Assembly: GCA_946965045.2 (NCBI GenBank)
Contig: OX337229.1
Coordinates: forward strand, 5,518,001 to 5,582,000
Origin: Epithemia pelagica
Taxonomy: Eukaryota > Protista > Bacillariophyta
DNA length: 64,000 nucleotides
Reading direction: 5' to 3'
Under the pieces are notes generated by a model. It did not search any database and was not told the DNA's origin. It was given only the letters and a program-made list of their open reading frames with translations. The position numbers and the translations under genes were made by a program. This document shows positions 59,396-64,000 of this stretch, in pieces. Every line of letters starts with the position of its first letter. Within the stretch, counting starts at the first letter, position 1.

Positions 59396-60694
59396 ATGAG
59401 TTTGATACTTCACCGTTCCATGCAACTCGGACCACGGGCATTGGCAACGGGTGTTCTGGGTCATCGAACGACGGTATCTCTGGCGTCGACTTTGGCGACC
59501 AAGAATGACAGGCAGGTTCGTCGATTTTCGAGCGAGACAACTGAAACAACCTCCATGAACTTGTTCACAGCAATCAATGATGCCATGAGCATTGCCATGA
59601 AAACAGATCCCTCTGCCATTTTGTTTGGTGAGGACGTGGCTTTTGGTGGAGTCTTTCGTTGTTCACAGAACTTGCGAGAACAGTATGGGGACGATCGTGT
59701 TTTCAACACACCCTTGTCCGAAAATGGGATTACAGGCTTTGCCATTGGATACGCAGCGGCTGGAGGGACTGCGATAGGAGAAATACAGTTTGCCGGTACG
59801 TAACCTAATCAGAATCCTCGATGTGACTGAGACAAGAGTCGTCAGCGCTCACCTTCTACAATCATGCTTTTAGACTATGTATGTGGTTCATCCCAATGAT
59901 TTATTTTCACGATTGCATTGGAGCAAATGCACTCACATTGTTTTGCTGATTCTTGTGGGTTACAGATCTTTCCAGCATTTGATCAGATTGTGAATGAAAT
60001 GGCCAAATTTCGGTATCGAAGTGGAAACCAATGGAATGCAGGCGGTGTCACCCTACGCAGCCCTTGTGGGGCAGTGGGCCATGGCGGACACTATCACAGT
60101 CAATCTCCCGAGGCCTATCTTGCCCATACACCCGGGTTGGTCGTGGTCATGCCGCGTGGACCAGTGACCGGAAAAGGTCTCTTGCTCTCCGCCATTCGAT
60201 CCAAGGATCCAGTTGTGTTCTTGGAACCCAAGGCTCTGTACCGAGCTGCTGTCGAAGACGTTCCCGTGGGAGACTACGAGATCCCTCTCGGTAAGGCAGA
60301 AATTCTACGAAAAGGAAGCGACGTTTCCATTGTGGGGTGGGGAGCACAGCTCCGTGTTCTGGAAAAGGCGTGTGATATGGCTAAGGAGAAGTACGGCATT
60401 GATTGTGAGTTGATTGACCTACAAACCATCCTTCCCTGGGATTTTGAAACGGTGGAGGCATCGGTGAAAAAGACTGGAAAACTTGTGGTCAGTCACGAGG
60501 CTCCCATCACCTGTGGATTTGGTGCCGAAGTTGTGGCCACGATGCAGCAGCGATGCTTTTGGCATTTGGAGGCTCCCATCCAAAGAGTTTGTGGATATGA
60601 CACTCCCTTTCCCCTAGTCTATGAAAAGTACTATGCGCCCAACGAACTCAAGAATCTGGATGCCATTCTGTCCGTTGTCGATTCGTCCAAATAG
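59396..60694 (+). CDS. BCKDHB: Branched-chain alpha-keto acid dehydrogenase E1 beta subunit, 3 exons including a 5-nt microexon, 377 aa
   Basis: Exons 59396-59795, 59874-59878, 59966-60694 (1134 nt). [60 protein letters not shown]. Confidence 0.93.
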
Positions 60695-60880
60695 AAAATT
60701 CTGCCATTTTTGTCCGCAAAAATGGTGCATAATCCCTAAAGCGGTATAGAAAAATAAGTTGTTAGATTGATTTCCTGAAGATTCTTCGATTAAACGACAA
60801 GGAGTCATCCATGTTTTTCGCATCCACTCCCTCGTCCCATTCTCATTGAAAAAGAATGCGGAATACGATGTACAGCGGCC

Positions 60881-62299
60881 ATGACAAACGATAAAATGAC
60901 AGACGGCAGCGTTGAACCTGAGCCCCCTCCTCCACCTCCACCAGAGAGCAGCTCGTCCAATACCAAGATTCCGAGCGGTATTCTACGACGCTCCTCGTAC
61001 TCCAACCTCCAATCACTTCCCCAGGGAAACTCAAACTCGGGGGGCAACTCCTCGATTCCCCCCATACCGGTCAGTCCCAAACGAAACTGGGAGCGTCGCA
61101 GCTCCTCGTCAACAATCCTCAGTCACTCGACCTTGGGAAAATTCAGTACCGAAAGATTCTACACATTGAGTGAAATGCAGACACATGCTCCAAATGTCAT
61201 CTTTTTGGACAATCTTGTGGAGGGAAGTGCTCGCAAAGAAAACTTTTCCCAATACAGCATTCTGTATTTGCTTTGGAGACCAGAGATGACGGAGGATGCT
61301 CAAGATTTTGTGGACAAAGTGCTTCGTGGATGCATCGAAACAATTGAAAAGCATACCTTAATATCTCCATCCATCGATGATTTGGCTTCATCAAGTTTCA
61401 GTGACGATAAAGTGAAGATCAGAGAATCAAAGCCTGAAGAATTGAAGGAAAACAAACCTGCAAGTACCACACCATTACCCGTATCACCTCTAGAGACTGG
61501 AACAACCGAAAGCACTAACGAGACCTCCCAGATATCGGGCAACGATGAGGTTGTTGACGCGAATGTAGTGATGAGTGGTGGTGAAAACGATGGAAGCGAG
61601 GGGAGTACAAGTCTCTACATTGTGGTGGAAAGGGTCTCACGTCCATCTGGAGACAGTGATACCTCGCATGAAAGCTTACACCATGCACAGGAATCTATCG
61701 CGGAGCAAGTAGTGCGGCTGGCTGCTGTACAACTGCGAGATCTGTGCGAGGGCATAACCGTGTTCTGCGCCAATCACGAACGTGCAGCTCCTGGGCTAGA
61801 GGCTTGTATGAACGCCGTGTCTGTCGGTGCAGCAGATCGCCGAAGGCACCCAGGAGGACATGGTCGCTCTACGAAAGCTCTCCACAACAGCTCCTACATG
61901 GGTTTCGTGGCACTTTCTTCGGAAGATCTTCTGGGTTTGCAATCTCAGCAAGATACCGATGCCGCTCAAGGCGTTCTTCAGTCATGCTGGTGTGCGGAAT
62001 GGAACGGCCGAGGTAACCTCAACAGCTTTGCCAAACGTGCTCATGCTCAATGGAGGTCGGACCGAGGTTTGCCACCCCTTGCTCTCGTTGGCCAAAGGAA
62101 AGCACCCGTACCGCGTCGACGAGGGAGAAGACAATTGTTCGATGAACAAGCCCTAGACCATGCTATGAGAGGTTTCCTCTACGATTTTGGAGTAGTGGCA
62201 TTGGCAGTCGCCTATTTCATATTTCATTATGGTAAGGAAATCTATGACCTTCTTGCGGAATGGTTTGATTGGTGCGACGAGCTTTTCCATGGTCACTGA
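60881..62299 (+). CDS. Uncharacterised protein with C-terminal transmembrane anchor (472 aa)
   Basis: Long ORF with globular-looking segments and C-terminal FGVVALAVAYFIFHY. No family recognised. Confidence 0.65.
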   Translation: MTNDKMTDGSVEPEPPPPPPPESSSSNTKIPSGILRRSSYSNLQSLPQGNSNSGGNSSIPPIPVSPKRNWERRSSSSTILSHSTLGKFSTERFYTLSEMQTHAPNVIFLDNLVEGSARKENFSQYSILYLLWRPEMTEDAQDFVDKVLRGCIETIEKHTLISPSIDDLASSSFSDDKVKIRESKPEELKENKPASTTPLPVSPLETGTTESTNETSQISGNDEVVDANVVMSGGENDGSEGSTSLYIVVERVSRPSGDSDTSHESLHHAQESIAEQVVRLAAVQLRDLCEGITVFCANHERAAPGLEACMNAVSVGAADRRRHPGGHGRSTKALHNSSYMGFVALSSEDLLGLQSQQDTDAAQGVLQSCWCAEWNGRGNLNSFAKRAHAQWRSDRGLPPLALVGQRKAPVPRRRGRRQLFDEQALDHAMRGFLYDFGVVALAVAYFIFHYGKEIYDLLAEWFDWCDELFHGH

Positions 62300-62733
62300 A
62301 GATATTTCGAACCATAGAATTTATGATTTATTTGTAGAGTAATGAACTTAGAACATCCTTTCCATGACTTTCTATTTCGACGCTATGCTATGTTTCGACG
62401 TTGAGATGAGGAGGAGTCACAGACGGCGGGACTGCCGCCAACCACGACTTCTCCGTACTATTTAATCCATAGTGTATCCTTTCCGAGTGGTTGTGCATGG
62501 CGGCAACAGTTGCCCACCAAACACCAAACGCAATTACATCCGATTCAATCATCAACGGGTGAACAGCAAGGAGACTTGGCGAGTTGCCTTTCTATCGGAT
62601 CAACTCTGATTATTCTTTTTTGCAATCTCGCAAGTCGCTTTTGAAAGAATAGGCAGGCAGGAGGGGCATCACTTTTGAGTTTGGAATCTCGGCTGTTGCA
62701 TCTTTCGTCGCTACGACAAGTAAACTCTATACC

Positions 62734-63075
62734 ATGAAGGGACATTCGCTGCTATTATTGATCATTTTGGGAAGTCTATCGAAGGTTCATGCATTCACAA
62801 CGAAGAAGAATGAAGCCACAAGACCAGCATTCGCTGCCAACGGAAATAATAATAACAACAACAATAACAAGCTGGAGCCATCACCAGCACCTCAACAGAG
62901 CACCGGGAACACAGCCGCGTTTGCGTTTTCACCTGCCAATGTTCCAGCGTCTTACAGCACAGCTCAACCATCCGTGGACGAGGTTGAAGACGAAGTTGTG
63001 ATTGGCTATGCAGTGGCAATTGTGTCTTGTGCAGTATCCTTGGCGCTGGGATTTGGACTTGGATACGGTACATAA
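62734..63075 (+). CDS. Small putative plastid-targeted protein with C-terminal TM helix (113 aa)
   Basis: Signal MKGHSLLLLIILGSLSKVHA|F, Asn-rich transit-like region, terminal TM VVIGYAVAIVSCAVSLALGFGLGY. Confidence 0.65.
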   Translation: MKGHSLLLLIILGSLSKVHAFTTKKNEATRPAFAANGNNNNNNNNKLEPSPAPQQSTGNTAAFAFSPANVPASYSTAQPSVDEVEDEVVIGYAVAIVSCAVSLALGFGLGYGT

Positions 63076-63624
63076 ATGCAGTTTTGGTGATGGCTTTGAT
63101 TGACAACAAGATCGAAGTGTCGTCATATATCCTGAGGGTTGGACTATATTTGAGCTTGACGCTAATGATGTGTAACATTGTATTTTAGTTATTGTGTTAA
63201 TGCAATAAAATAGAAGAAGGGATTACGACCTTCATTTGTCTTCTAGGTAGTCGAAGCCACACCGCTGCCACAGGATGCCCTGAAGTTCCTGATGGTGGCA
63301 CGAGTCAGGATATTTCAAATATCCTGGACTTTCGTTCGCTATTTAGTGGATCTATGGACCCCAAGGAACTAAATTGACCGCCATTGTTGGTCCTACTCCT
63401 AGCTAGGGAAACTATGTACTAGAGGGCGAATCTACCACTTGCGTCTGGTCGACAATATGACTCAGCCGCAGTTCCTAGCCACAACCTATCGCTCAGAAAG
63501 ATCTGCTACCTTCAAGTTGCCCACAGAAAGCGACCCGGATACATATCTTCACGCATTTGACAACTTCGAGCGAGTGCGTGTTTCCGTCACGTCCAGAACA
63601 CTTTCGCTCTATCCATATTCAACC

Positions 63625-64000
63625 ATGTACTTCTCAACTTCTTGCGTCTTTGCCCTTGTTGCCTCGGCTTCGGCCTTTGCCCCGGCTCCTTCTGCCACAG
63701 TGAGTGCTGGTGTTGCCTTGAAGTGGTCTAGCGAATAGATGTAGGAAAGTGGTATGATGGAGATTTGATGCTCACCGCCTTTACCGTTGTTTTTTGTGAC
63801 GTAGCGCAACACCGAGTTGCAAATGGCCTTGAAGGATGACCTTGCCAACATCGGAAAGGTCGCCGCCGCTGGTGCCGTTGCCTTCGGTATTGCCGCCGCC
63901 CCCGCACATGCCATCACCAAGTCCGAATTGAACGAGCTCTCTTACTTGCAAGTTAAGGGAACTGGTCTTGCCAACCGATGTGCCGAAGTCGTCGGTGAGG
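63625..64000 (+). CDS. psbO: Photosystem II oxygen-evolving enhancer protein 1 (PsbO), 5' part, runs off the window
   Basis: Exon 63625-63699 (MYFSTSCVFALVASASAFAPAPSAT), GTGAGT...TAG intron, exon from 63805 (...AAAPAHA|ITKSELNELSYLQVKGTGLANRC). Signal, transit and lumenal peptides are all visible. Confidence 0.95.

Overview
Eukaryotic nuclear DNA with short GT-AG introns, almost certainly from a diatom or related ochrophyte: a nuclear psbO carries an ASAFAP bipartite presequence, and HA-domain, DUF6824 and orphan AAA_16 ATPase families are present. The window holds about 22 host genes, including ETF-alpha head-to-head with a mitochondrial thiolase, a 2777-aa HECT E3 ligase, Ku70, CWC24/RNF113, RUVBL2, BCKDH E1-beta and psbO. 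A 7-kb DNA-transposon island (5628-12663) contains (i) a two-gene PIF/Harbinger(PHIS)-type element with terminal inverted repeats at an AAATTT target, (ii) a 1363-bp non-autonomous element with perfect 85-bp TIRs nested in its bidirectional promoter at the start of an 18/19-bp tandem array, and (iii) an adjacent intact DD43D mariner-like element with perfect 27-bp TIRs and a TA duplication. Other highlights are a 5-nt microexon needed to keep BCKDHB in frame and two decayed ORFs. Splice models were built by hand from GT/AG signals and frame continuity; no database searches were run.
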